Below are positions 38,401-48,000 of a stretch of 64,000 nt of DNA, one piece after another; the stretch's first letter is position 1; every line of letters begins with the position of its first letter. A program made the position numbers and the translations under genes. The notes under the pieces were generated by a model that was given only the letters and a program-made list of their open reading frames with translations, was not told where the DNA came from and searched no databases. Source of the stretch: an uncultured virus (IMG/VR IMGVR_UViG_3300042691_032560) (lineage: Duplodnaviria; Heunggongvirae; Uroviricota; Caudoviricetes); IMG/VR virus record IMGVR_UViG_3300042691_032560, one strand, 5' to 3'.

Positions 38401-40541
38401 ATTAAATTCATAATTGAAGGACTATCAACTATAATAGTCCAACTTAAAGTTCCACTACGACTAGTGTCTTTATATGTATAAATCGGCTCAGGTCTACCTA
38501 AAAAAGAAGTCGGACTAAAACTTGGTTTACTTGTATCACTAAATTTTAAATCATATGGAGGAAACCACATTACCCTACCCCCATTTGGACCTTTTTCACA
38601 TGTTGGAAGTTCGTCATAGGTATATCCGGGTCTACTGGATGTTCTCCACGCTAAATTTTCAATAGAGAACATATATTTTTTAGCATACCCACCTGTTCCG
38701 TTATTTCCGTCAGCAATAATATTTGTTGAGCCAGGGTTTTTAGTTGGAGAAATATTCAAATTGAAGGTGTTATCTAATACGGAATATGAAAATCTTCTTC
38801 CTGAATTAGTAATACCCTCAGTCTTTTGTAAATCAGAGTAGGTATAGTAAGGAGTATCTTTAGCAAAGACTCTACAATATTCAATACCCGCTTGAGTTCC
38901 TGTGGTATTATCAACATAAGATAAAACTTTAGAACCTTTAGTCATTTCTTTATATCCATCATTGAATACTTTAGAAACTTGATTGATTGCATTACCTACG
39001 TGTTTTAATCTAGCAATACCTTCTACTAAGTCAGCAGATTCAATTAACCTTTGAGTTTGGTCTAATATTGAGTTATCTTTAAAATCAATATTTGTTGATG
39101 AGTCACGAGTATAATTAGAACTAACTAAATTGAATTGTTCGTCCAAACTTCCCGCTCCGCCACCTGGTGTTGGTTTGTATCCCGCATTTCCTTTATATTT
39201 TGGCGATGTCCAAACAAATTGACCATCAATTCCTCCTCCATCTGATAAAGATTTTCCAGCTAATCCAAAATTAAGAACTTCTTGATTTCCTTCGTATAAT
39301 ATAGCTAATTCGGATGGACCATAAACAGGTGTTTGGACCTGTTGTCCATATGGATTTATTGGCAACTGATTGGGTGGTGAATTTATTTGTGAAGGTTCTG
39401 AAGTATTACTTCCAACATAATAACCACCTATTAACGTTCCATTATTAGGATTAATTGCGGATGCTAGTAGGTTTGTCAACCCTTGAGCTAAAGTACCTAA
39501 TAATCCTCTATCATATGCGGGTCTATATCTATTATAATCTATATTATTGAATAGTGCCGACCTTTGTCCATTTCCTGTATTTGCTAAAAATATTTCGGAT
39601 GGATTTCTAGTTATATTTAAAATCGGTCCTAAAAAACCACCTGTTAAATTATTAGTAACATTTAATGCCGTTGATGTTTGACTGGTCTGTAAATTACCGT
39701 TGGTGTTTTCATCAAAATAATCACCAGGTATTGGTGACACGGGCCAATAAGCACCAGCTAATCTTGTCGCAAAATCAACCGCCGCTAATATAGGATTTTC
39801 AGGTACGGTAATTCTCCAATTTCTGTAAACTAAAGGTTGTTGACCTGTTATTAATAAACTAGCCTCGAATGGGTCCTGTAAACTAGCTAAGTTGACAGCC
39901 CCTACCGTGTTTTGATAAATCTCAAAATTAATTCTCTCAATAAAAAGTTCCTTTAATGTTTGAGCACCTAAACGAGCGATAAATGAATCTTGTGATAATG
40001 GTCCGTCTGAACCAACCGGATTTGTAGATGTTAATATCTCATACGGACTATAAAATGATGGAACAAATGTTGGTGGGTCCCAATAAGGCGAAAAATATTT
40101 ATTTAAGTTAGGTAAATCGTCAACCTCATATAAAAATTTGAATCCTCCATCGGGTATAAAGCTGTTTTGATTTGCAGGACCTGTAACTAATTCATTTAAC
40201 CAATAATTACTCAACCCGACTAAGGGGCTATCAATTAATGGATAGTACGGTTGAGCGGTTGGTTTTACTGGAACAAGAGGTCCATTATAGTTGATGTTGA
40301 AATCAAATCCACCCGATGGTCCAAATTCATTAAGAGGATATAATTGATTTGCAAATGGATTTTTTGCAATCAATTTATCAGGTGAATCAATTACTGAAAA
40401 ATCAGATTGATTATACTCATAAGTTATATCGCCAGACGGTGGAGTATAAACACCTGTAACAGAATAAGGTTGTAAATTTCTTACAATAAGTGATTTACGA
40501 AAAGATTCACTAGATGCAAATGATAAAGTGCTCTCTGACAT
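35487..40541 (-). CDS. Large tail-tube-initiator-like protein with inserted OmpA-like domain, 1684 aa
   Basis: FPPYDLKFSD...FLGRPEPIYTYKDTSRSGTLSW and PPILILRIGDFY...PMVVKVQMSF are tube-fold-like. LEGAASAKATPEYNQKLSERRIDSVIKYL...CRRVRI is OmpA-C-like. Confidence 0.6.
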   Translation of the reverse strand: MSESTLSFASSESFRKSLIVRNLQPYSVTGVYTPPSGDITYEYNQSDFSVIDSPDKLIAKNPFANQLYPLNEFGPSGGFDFNINYNGPLVPVKPTAQPYYPLIDSPLVGLSNYWLNELVTGPANQNSFIPDGGFKFLYEVDDLPNLNKYFSPYWDPPTFVPSFYSPYEILTSTNPVGSDGPLSQDSFIARLGAQTLKELFIERINFEIYQNTVGAVNLASLQDPFEASLLITGQQPLVYRNWRITVPENPILAAVDFATRLAGAYWPVSPIPGDYFDENTNGNLQTSQTSTALNVTNNLTGGFLGPILNITRNPSEIFLANTGNGQRSALFNNIDYNRYRPAYDRGLLGTLAQGLTNLLASAINPNNGTLIGGYYVGSNTSEPSQINSPPNQLPINPYGQQVQTPVYGPSELAILYEGNQEVLNFGLAGKSLSDGGGIDGQFVWTSPKYKGNAGYKPTPGGGAGSLDEQFNLVSSNYTRDSSTNIDFKDNSILDQTQRLIESADLVEGIARLKHVGNAINQVSKVFNDGYKEMTKGSKVLSYVDNTTGTQAGIEYCRVFAKDTPYYTYSDLQKTEGITNSGRRFSYSVLDNTFNLNISPTKNPGSTNIIADGNNGTGGYAKKYMFSIENLAWRTSSRPGYTYDELPTCEKGPNGGRVMWFPPYDLKFSDTSKPSFSPTSFLGRPEPIYTYKDTSRSGTLSWTIIVDSPSIMNLIIEKQLKGTARERVDSIIDSFFAGCVKYDIYELAQKFNTIPAKDLYTYQEILNNPQLTEEEVNYVVESIPKDPEVCVSDLWGDVPETKKVSNEPELEAFADTYTNLSFYFDNNVPGPNNGTTSNEDYLSAYNSYVSNKQVYGAQANNLFNTDDFNGNVLDFFDNVITNNFEKINSGSSCMVQDLYKILSEQKGTIVITLEGAASAKATPEYNQKLSERRIDSVIKYLQNYSEGDVSFKKYLEDGSLKINSAGGSGENTTIPVGEGNISQDPINCTEETKDKNGKTNQGSLIYSVSAMACRRVRITSINYTDIPKEETTFVNKVTGQTTTIENPPSDETSGQGITPQFPKPQPTITIEKKLKEGISKKILRNLLSECDYFEVLKQDVPMVYDSIKEKIKYFNPAFHSMTPEGLNARLTFLNQCTRPGETVPTIGADGKPKTNDAINTSFGAPPILILRIGDFYNCKIVPDNIAFTYEPLIYDMNPEGIGLQPMVVKVQMSFSMIGGHGLKEPVDQLQNALSFNYYANTEIYDERSTWTDDSWKVIDKKLIDSIEQSEQPATVANVENQRTNDGGTTIGEIITNIPVESGQTGEIAYQKIMDTLFDQTKGYIDAVPNLLEKIMLNTNQGIVQIISNNRLYSEGLLNVDLDEVGSAPIYGAPNKMDAKIKEIFDKVILEIQDQTNPIISELNTIEWQPKDLSAVITNMVDYINSLSSEFSNGIFTTIQELVLLEQDYVQNLRKINLVADLTDGKIIDKGVPRPYTLSGTDKVSESTTIDDDTITTTDDELWNDIARLQLTLEEYYEFLQDKKIFEPIGDFTADFIPIYQDFIGNAESPTPEKTFFLVVGRIFDNRTKRQEFVNAVIKGDLENVKDPQKLKKKFEDIVDDLAKEYSKEISAEEKLYKDFKKSSEFKDFSEGLDEKLYPKGKTRKFTYTTVPGTDAETQKTAISQLYSGGNTGEDSTYIGKAKFNS

Positions 40542-40579
40542 TATAACATTTTATATATAAATACAATAAAAGGTTTTTT

Positions 40580-42409
40580 TTAATGTGCTGGTTTTAACTT
40601 AAGGTCGGGATATTTTTCCTCAACAATTTTAACTATTTCTTGTTTAATTTGTTCGGTTCTTAATGCGTCTGAAACTTCTTGAACTGACATTCCAGGTGGA
40701 ACATCTAATTTTATATTTACATCCACAGTTGAATTATTGTTAATAGTTTGTGTATTGGTTTGTGGGGTAGTTTTTGTTGACTGTGTTTCATTACCTTGAT
40801 ATTCCGCAATTTTTGCTTTTATGTCAACTCCACTAACTTCTTTTATGTATCCAGAAAGTTCATCAACTAACGTATTTACAACACCGGCAAATATATTATC
40901 AGACTCTTCTAATTTTTTTCCTTGTTCGGCCAAATTTTGAGCCAAACTTTTCATTTGTTCACCTAATAAACCTCCGGCATCTTCACCCATTTCCATGAAT
41001 TTTCCTCCAACATCAACATCTTTACCTGACAAAACATCTTTCATTAAATTCGTCATCTCTTTAGGGTCCGCAATGTTAAACAACTCACGAATACTTTTTG
41101 CCGACATAACATCTCTATCGGTTACAACATCTGTCATATTTGTATAACCTTCTTTTATCGCCTCAGTAACTTCCTCACCTATTTTAGATGTCGCCAACGC
41201 TCTTGAGGTTCTCCCGGCCATTTTTGCTAAGCTCGCTTCCATACTTTGTTGGAGGTTCAACTGTTCCTTAGCCAAATCTTCCATTGTTTTAGGTTTGGCA
41301 GCCTCTAATATTTTGTTAATTTCTTCCTGACTATCTGTTCTAGCAAGTAACTCTTGTAAGTTTTGTTCTGTACCATCAATTGATATTACATATTGACCAT
41401 CCTTCATTTCGGACAAATTTGCAACCATTTTTTGTTGCTCTTCGGTCATAAACTCAGGAAATCTTATTTTAGACAACTTATTTTCTAATTCTGCGGAACC
41501 TAAAGCCATTTTTGTTAACTCTCCATACGCAATTCCAGTGGCTTGTTCTAATTCTCTCATTCTAAGTTTTCCCTCAGGAGCAATCTCAAATTGTCCGGCT
41601 TCATTCATAGTTACAAATTGTTGAGTCATTTGTACTAACTGATTTTGAAGTTCTGTTGGGTCATTAATAGATAAATCCATTAATCTTAGTGGGTCCAACA
41701 ATTCAGACTGAGTAACCCCAAGTCTTTGGAGTGCCGCTGACATTTCAATCGCCTTTTCGGGCTTATATAAATCATTTGAAAAATTAAGAGTAGTTGCCAT
41801 ATCAATTCTTAAACTAGTTGCTTGGGCTGCCATTTTAGCCAATCCGTCAACACCCCCTTGAAAATTGTACTTGTTCATTGATTCCATATTACTCATCGCC
41901 TGCTCACTAACCTTCTCAACACTAAGACCTTGTTGTCTAGCGGTGTCAACAATTTTTTGCATTCCGGAGGCAACACCATAAGCGGATGTCCCAATATTTT
42001 TAAAACTAGTAAACAGTTTTCCAGCTTCTTGTCCAGTTACTTGTGTTGTTGCAAAAATGTCGTCGTATGATTCTGATGTTAGCATAACCGACCTACCTAA
42101 ACTATTAGTTAAGTCAGTTTGTATTTTTGCAACATCAACAAATTTACCTCCCAAAGCCTCAACTGAAGTCGCAGCGTCGACCAACGCAATTTTAATACCC
42201 GCAATATTTTCTCTACCTTGTCCAAAAGTTTTAGCCACTTTAGTGGCGTCAGCGTCAATTTCTTGAACTGTGTTAACAAGATTTCTTAATCCTGGGTAAA
42301 AGTTGCCAAAAAAGGCTTCCATACTTTTACTACCCAATTTACTTACGTAATCATAAAAATCACTCGCTGCCTCCTGATTTGAGCCTCCTGGTGTTGGTTG
42401 ATACATCAT
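40580..42409 (-). CDS. Tape measure protein, 609 aa
   Basis: Helical, Ala/Gln/Met-rich; follows tube and chaperone genes; length similar to T4 gp29. Confidence 0.75.
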   Translation of the reverse strand: MMYQPTPGGSNQEAASDFYDYVSKLGSKSMEAFFGNFYPGLRNLVNTVQEIDADATKVAKTFGQGRENIAGIKIALVDAATSVEALGGKFVDVAKIQTDLTNSLGRSVMLTSESYDDIFATTQVTGQEAGKLFTSFKNIGTSAYGVASGMQKIVDTARQQGLSVEKVSEQAMSNMESMNKYNFQGGVDGLAKMAAQATSLRIDMATTLNFSNDLYKPEKAIEMSAALQRLGVTQSELLDPLRLMDLSINDPTELQNQLVQMTQQFVTMNEAGQFEIAPEGKLRMRELEQATGIAYGELTKMALGSAELENKLSKIRFPEFMTEEQQKMVANLSEMKDGQYVISIDGTEQNLQELLARTDSQEEINKILEAAKPKTMEDLAKEQLNLQQSMEASLAKMAGRTSRALATSKIGEEVTEAIKEGYTNMTDVVTDRDVMSAKSIRELFNIADPKEMTNLMKDVLSGKDVDVGGKFMEMGEDAGGLLGEQMKSLAQNLAEQGKKLEESDNIFAGVVNTLVDELSGYIKEVSGVDIKAKIAEYQGNETQSTKTTPQTNTQTINNNSTVDVNIKLDVPPGMSVQEVSDALRTEQIKQEIVKIVEEKYPDLKLKPAH

Positions 42410-42438
42410 TATTATCCTTTTAAAATAAATACTTTGTT

Positions 42439-42603
42439 TTAGGTTTTAGGAGTATTCATCTCAATAACCTTATCTATCAGATATTTTCTGAAATAAGTCG
42501 GCATTGATGTAAAATCAAAGTAAGATGTACTAAGATTCTTAGATAATATAATGTATTCGTTCGCTAAAGAAATTTTATGTTTAGAAGAAAGGCCGAAAAA
42601 ATT
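42439..42603 (-). CDS. Frameshift extension of the tail assembly chaperone (GT / gp51-like), without its own plausible start
   Basis: Stop-to-stop frame reads NFFGLSSKHKISLANEYIILSKNLSTSYFDFTSMPTYFRKYLIDKVIEMNTPKT*, in +1 frame relative to 42581-43336. Confidence 0.75.
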   Translation of the reverse strand, partial: NFFGLSSKHKISLANEYIILSKNLSTSYFDFTSMPTYFRKYLIDKVIEMNTPKT

Positions 42604-43336
42604 CTACCCCAAAGACGATGTCAACATCTATCTTATCTCCTGATGGGGTAATTACTGTTTTATTTAAATCTAACGACGGAATATTTTCTTTTATAAAGTT
42701 TTTAATGTATTTGGAGTCACCTATTGGTAATTTATCTATAAAAAGAGAAATTTGACTTGTATCTGAGTTACCGTCAACTTCCATAATTTGTCTTTGTAAT
42801 CTCATAGTCACTCTAGGTGCAACCCTTCCTTTGGGGTAATTTTCTAATAATTTATCTATTTCAAACAATTCACCAAAAGATAAGGGTCTTAGTTTTACAG
42901 AACTGCCGCTAACCGGTAATTTCGTGGTAAAAGTACCATCTTCACTTGGTAAAATTTTCCCCTTTTTGATGTTAATTTCGTCCAATATTAGTGTTTCCTC
43001 AAACTCTTTTTTACTTTTTGGGTCTTCTAATTTGACTATATACTCAGGACCAAACGAGGTATTTCTCAAGAATAAAAGTATTGCCTGAATATCTTCTTCT
43101 AAGAGTTCCTCAGGTCTTAAGTCGTGCTCGTAAATTTTGTTCCTTAACAATGTCATAACTATATTGTCCCTAGTACCCAATCCTGACATTAGATAGTTCT
43201 CATCGTTAGCCGTTAAATAACCAACTTTAATACTTTTCTTTTTTGATTTGTAAAACACTCCACCAGTTGGTAGAACCACCACGTCATGTGGTAAATTAAA
43301 ATTTTCAGTCGCAGCCTTTATTAATGATTCATCCAT
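42581..43336 (-). CDS. Tail/baseplate hub assembly chaperone (T4 gp26-like)
   Basis: VVLPTGGVFY, YLTANDENYL, ILLFLRNTSFGPEY, C-terminal VEFFRP; located between tube and tape measure. Confidence 0.75.
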   Translation of the reverse strand: MDESLIKAATENFNLPHDVVVLPTGGVFYKSKKKSIKVGYLTANDENYLMSGLGTRDNIVMTLLRNKIYEHDLRPEELLEEDIQAILLFLRNTSFGPEYIVKLEDPKSKKEFEETLILDEINIKKGKILPSEDGTFTTKLPVSGSSVKLRPLSFGELFEIDKLLENYPKGRVAPRVTMRLQRQIMEVDGNSDTSQISLFIDKLPIGDSKYIKNFIKENIPSLDLNKTVITPSGDKIDVDIVFGVEFFRPFF

Positions 43337-43340
43337 AATA

Positions 43341-43472
43341 CTATTCCTTTAAATTGTCTTTTTGTTGATTTTCTTCGGGTTTTTTCTTATTATTATGTCT
43401 ATTCAAAAACTCTTCCTCGGTTTCGAAGACTTTACCACAAGTATTACATGTAAATCCTGTATTGTTTTCCAT
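43341..43472 (-). CDS. 43-aa zinc-finger-like microprotein (not in ORF track)
   Basis: MENNTGFTCNTCGKVFETEEEFLNRHNNKKKPEENQQKDNLKE*; fills the gap and stops 4 nt before the chaperone ATG. Confidence 0.65.
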   Translation of the reverse strand: MENNTGFTCNTCGKVFETEEEFLNRHNNKKKPEENQQKDNLKE

Positions 43473-43475
43473 AAT

Positions 43476-43508
43476 AAAAAAAAATCCCATATTAATAATA
43501 TGGGATTT
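43476..43508 (-). terminator. Intrinsic terminator after tail tube gene
   Basis: Minus strand AAATCCCATATT-ATT-AATATGGGATTTTTTTTT. Confidence 0.7.
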
Positions 43509-43523
43509 ATATAATATTGTAAA
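43495..43523 (-). promoter_or_regulatory. Candidate sigma70-type promoter overlapping the terminator
   Basis: Minus strand TTTACA (43523-43518), 17 nt, TATTAT (43500-43495). Confidence 0.45.
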
Positions 43524-43531
43524 GTATTAAA

Positions 43532-44020
43532 TTAGTAAACCAAGATACAACGGTCCATTCTCATTTTAGCCGTAACTGTTGCTAACTTATCATCAGAATA
43601 ACTTAAAGAATTAAAGTTAACATCGTTTAAGAATGTTCCTTCTAAAATCCATTTTTCTACTACAACACCTGTAGGGTCCAACATTTCAAGGTCAACATTC
43701 TTTTTATAACCCGCAGCATAACCCATACGACCTGTAACAGATTCCGCACATAAACGAACCCATTCCATAAGTGCCTGTGAAGCCGAAGGTCCAATTGGGT
43801 CTCTAAATACCACACTTATTTCTCCCCACGTAAAACGACCAGCAACATAAGTTGAGGTATTTAAGAATGGAATCTCAGTACTAACAATCGTAATATGAGG
43901 TCGAGCGGCAGATTCAACGAACCACTCGTTTATACCTAATGTAGAAGGAAAACGTAAAATAAATCGGTTATTCCTTTTGGGTTCATAAGGTATGGGCATT
44001 TTCATTAATAAATCAGCCAT
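43532..44020 (-). CDS. Tail tube protein (T4 gp19-like)
   Basis: YEPKRNNRFIL, YVAGRFTWGEISV, YKKNVDLEMLDPTGVVVEKWILEG; 162 aa; downstream of the sheath gene. Confidence 0.88.
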   Translation of the reverse strand: MADLLMKMPIPYEPKRNNRFILRFPSTLGINEWFVESAARPHITIVSTEIPFLNTSTYVAGRFTWGEISVVFRDPIGPSASQALMEWVRLCAESVTGRMGYAAGYKKNVDLEMLDPTGVVVEKWILEGTFLNDVNFNSLSYSDDKLATVTAKMRMDRCILVY

Positions 44021-44137
44021 TGTATTTTTGTTTTAAATTTTTTATTCTTTTTATTTATAAATATCTAATAATAATTTTTTTCTATTTACTTTTGGGTTTT
44101 TTCAAATAACTTCTAGTTATAAATCACTAGTAAATAA

Positions 44138-44956
44138 TTAATAAGGTTTTTTTACTCCTCCTGCAGTTGAAATTGTTTTAATTATATTATCTGGTTCATT
44201 TTCAAAATGACTTTTAACTTTTTCCAAATTCATTAGGTCATCATCAGAAAATCCAATTGTAGGTACAAAATTATTTGATATTCTATTCTTTAAATATGCC
44301 TTTTTCTCTATGTGTTTAGAGATTCTTTTAACATATCCCACAAATTCATTTAAAGCTTTAATTTTTCCTTCTTCGGGACTAACCGCACTACCTTTACCAT
44401 AAGTCACAGGGTAAAATCGACACATATCTAAGTATTCTCTTATCATTTCTTTTTTTGATGATTTACCAATACCTTCTATGTCTCTAAATTTTTCTAAGTT
44501 TTTTAAAAGTTCATTAGAATCAATTCCCATATGGTTTGAAATTATCATGTTGTAGACTGACTCTTTCATAACTTCAGGAGTGTGTCCTCTAGCAGTCACA
44601 ATTGAAAAAATTGAACCGTTATTAATTGCCTCCACAAAATCAGACCAAGCGGGTCCTGGTTTCCCTAATAGAGAATCAATTATAAACTGTTTATCACCCT
44701 CCACACTGAAGTATCTAAATGGATTTTCAGCAAACCCCACAATATTGTGACCATCATATTCAAATGGTTCTTTACCTATTTTCATTCGATATTCGGCAAA
44801 ATCTTCGGTAGACATACCAACTTCATCATCCTTTTCATCTTTAAGAATTATTTTAGTTGGCATTATTAAAATATTATCATCCCAATCAAATGCGTAATAC
44901 TTCATGTCGGGAGTTCCGGTTTCTGTGATTCCTTCGTTAATTGATTTTACTCTCAT
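44138..44956 (-). CDS. HAD-superfamily-like hydrolase
   Basis: Motif I AFDWDDNI, motif II IVTARG, Lys in EEGKIKAL, motif IV GFSDDD. Confidence 0.65.
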   Translation of the reverse strand: MRVKSINEGITETGTPDMKYYAFDWDDNILIMPTKIILKDEKDDEVGMSTEDFAEYRMKIGKEPFEYDGHNIVGFAENPFRYFSVEGDKQFIIDSLLGKPGPAWSDFVEAINNGSIFSIVTARGHTPEVMKESVYNMIISNHMGIDSNELLKNLEKFRDIEGIGKSSKKEMIREYLDMCRFYPVTYGKGSAVSPEEGKIKALNEFVGYVKRISKHIEKKAYLKNRISNNFVPTIGFSDDDLMNLEKVKSHFENEPDNIIKTISTAGGVKKPY

Positions 44957-44973
44957 ACTATTAAATAAATATA

Positions 44974-45003
44974 AAGACAGGCCGACTTTTGCCGACCTGT
45001 CTT
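44974..45003 (-). terminator. Stem-loop after the sheath gene (terminator or mRNA-stabilising hairpin)
   Basis: Minus strand AAGACAGGTCGGC-AAAA-GTCGGCCTGTCTT with two G-U pairs, followed by TATATTT. Confidence 0.65.
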
Positions 45004-45013
45004 ATATTATTGA

Positions 45014-48000
45014 TTAGATATTTTCAAACGACGCACCTGTTGGGGTTATATAGAATGTAATATCGATAAATTCAAGTGACCTAGTTGGTTTAATATAAAT
45101 CTTACCTGTCATTTGGTTTCTATCTAAGTCAGCAGTATCTGAAGAAACTGTTACACGGAAATCGTATAATCCTCTGTCTCTTCTGATAGCATCTAAGATT
45201 GGGTTAACCGCATCCAAGAAATCTTGTCTGACTTTTTGGTCATTTTGTTCAAACAACAATCTAACAGAAACTGCCGAAATCAACTTACGAGCTTGTAATA
45301 GTAATCGTCTAACATTAATTCTGTCAAGAGCCGACTGTCTAATCTGTAGAGTTTTATTACCCCAAATTACAGTTCCTACATCAGAAAAGGTTGCAATTGG
45401 GTTAATTCTACCTTGATAAAGAGTATCTCTGTCTTCTTGAGTTAGCTTCTTACGAGCCTTAATCGCATTTACTATACCACGAGTGTAACCAGCAGCTGCG
45501 AACCATGGGAACGCAATGTTATCAGTCAACGCTAAGTTTTTAGTAACCTCGGCGGTTGCAGGAATGTAAATTTGAGTGTTATTAACTGTGTCTCTAGTTA
45601 ATACCCAAGGATAATAAGTACATGTGTAGTTAGAATCCAAACCAGCGGTTTCCAAATTGTCTACCGCTTCCTGTGGGTAAATTAATTCAGTTGGTTCACC
45701 TGCAGTTGGTGAGAACATGTTATAGTCAGGAGTAGTTGTAATGTACAACGAATCTGCTCTATCAAATTCTACCATTTCTACAGCCGCCTCAACCAAATTA
45801 GAATTATTAACATAGTCAATACCAGGTGTAACAAACACATTTATATTAACAGCTTCAGGATTTGAGAATGTTCTTTGTCCTAACAAATAAGCGTAATAGT
45901 CTGTGTTACCATAGTCCATAGTATTATCACCAACTGATATCTGTTTGAATGCTCCCCATCCTGTTGCGTTTGGATATCTTGTATCGGGACAAGCCCCTCT
46001 TAAATATCCACTCTTTCCTAACACAAATCTGTCAGAATTAGTTCTGTATTCTCTGTATATATCCCATCCATCAAAACCACCCTGGCACAACAATGAGAAT
46101 TTACGAGCGTATATTCTGTAGTATGGATTTGTTTCATTATCAGGGTCACTAGTGAATGATGCAGACCCAACATAGAATGCTGGTGCACCTGAGGTTGTAT
46201 ATCCGTTTCCAATAGTTATAGCACTTGCGTTTATATCCATGTGGAAACCTCTTGTTCTATATGCCCAATCATCACCTGTAGTATCAGTACAAATATTTAA
46301 TGGTGTTTGTTTACCTTTATATTGGTAAAAATCAACATCGATACCTATAGTATCTGATACACCTAAATAAGTTCTACGAACATTGTCACCAGGAGATGTA
46401 ATCGCATCATTACCACCTGTGGCCAAACCAAATGGTGGGTCATAAACTACTTCTCCAGGGAAATCATATTTTGTTTTATAAATTGGGAACGGAGGTCTAG
46501 CACCGGCATACTCTCTCATATTGTAACCTAAGAATCCACAAGGTAACGCATCAACTGGAGCGTCCTCATTTATCTCAATCATAACATATTTTGAGTTTAA
46601 TTGATATTCACCGTCTTTAGTACCAATTTTTTTAGCTATGAAACTGTTTTCATTTGGATTCATAGTACAGTTAGTGAATTTCTCAATTACAACAGGGTTG
46701 GCGTCTGAATCATAAAAATCTCTAACTAAAACATCAAATGTTCCATTACCAAATGAAATATTTGCTATAGAAATTTTAACTTCGGTATTTGCGTCGTTAC
46801 CGTCAGCAATAGTTGTAAACTTAAATAAGTTATAAACTTTATTACCTCTTAATTCAGAAACAACCCAAGGAGATGTTGGGGATTGATATTGTTCTAAATA
46901 CCACCCAATTGAAGTTGGGTCAAATCCTTGTCTTGCGTCGGGTAAAGCAATTAACTCACAATCCAAACCTCTTATATAACCTTTTCTATAACCATAGTTT
47001 AAAAGTAATTGGAATTTCTCTTCTACAAAAAGTGGAACCACAGTTCTAGGTTTTGAGAAGTTAGTTGTTCCAAAAACTTTAGTTATATATTCGGTATCTG
47101 AATTAGTAAATGATGTTTCAAAGAAATACACGTCCCCATCTTTACTTGTTACATTAACTCCAAATGTTAGGTATGGGTTTTTAGTTATTCCTGAGTAAGA
47201 ACCTGTACAATTTAAAGTAACACCTGTTAAACTAGGTACTTCATATACCGCTCCATTATCTGATGAATAAGTGGCCAAACCTCTTGAACGGAGTGTTGCA
47301 ATTACTAAATCATCATAATTAGTATAAGCCATTCCTGAATAAACATAAATCACACCGAAAACACTTCCACTAAAACATTCCAGTACTTCACCTACATTAC
47401 CAGAACCAGTGTTTCCTGAAACTATAGGATTACATGGATTTTGTATAGTTACAGAAACTGTCCAATATGTTGTAACTGTTGAGTCATTCGATACTAATTC
47501 GTATGTTAAACTACCGAAACTAAAGTCATTTGTAGTTATACCACTTTCTTGTAGTATTGTATTTACAGTAACTCCGCTACAACAAGCGCTAAAATCACTT
47601 ACGATTGATGTTAAATCAGTTCCTGAGAAAGAAGCGTATGGTAAAACGACATCAATTGTATTTGTATCATAATTTATACTACCTTCTACACCTAAAACAC
47701 TATAATTATAGAAAGTCGCACAATTAGTTGAGGTTGTTGTTGGGGTTATACTTAAATAAGAATAGAAAGATGAACCTGTGTATACCGCATTACCTACGTT
47801 ATCAAACATTGCATAATACCAAGGGTCATTGTTAGGGTCTGAAAAATCAGCATTATCAAAACTAATATTATCAACTTCAAATACATTTGATATTCCAGTG
47901 TAACCAAAACTTATAAAATCATTGTATATTGTTGTCGGAACAACACCGTAATAATTTATTTGAGTTGATTGTAAACTATTATCCTCGATTGCGTTGTTTA

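Noticed and set aside
42560..42603. Classical -1 frameshift on the T run of the chaperone gene
   Set aside because: The -1 frame reaches TAG after about a dozen codons; only the +1/-2 frame gives a chaperone-like extension.
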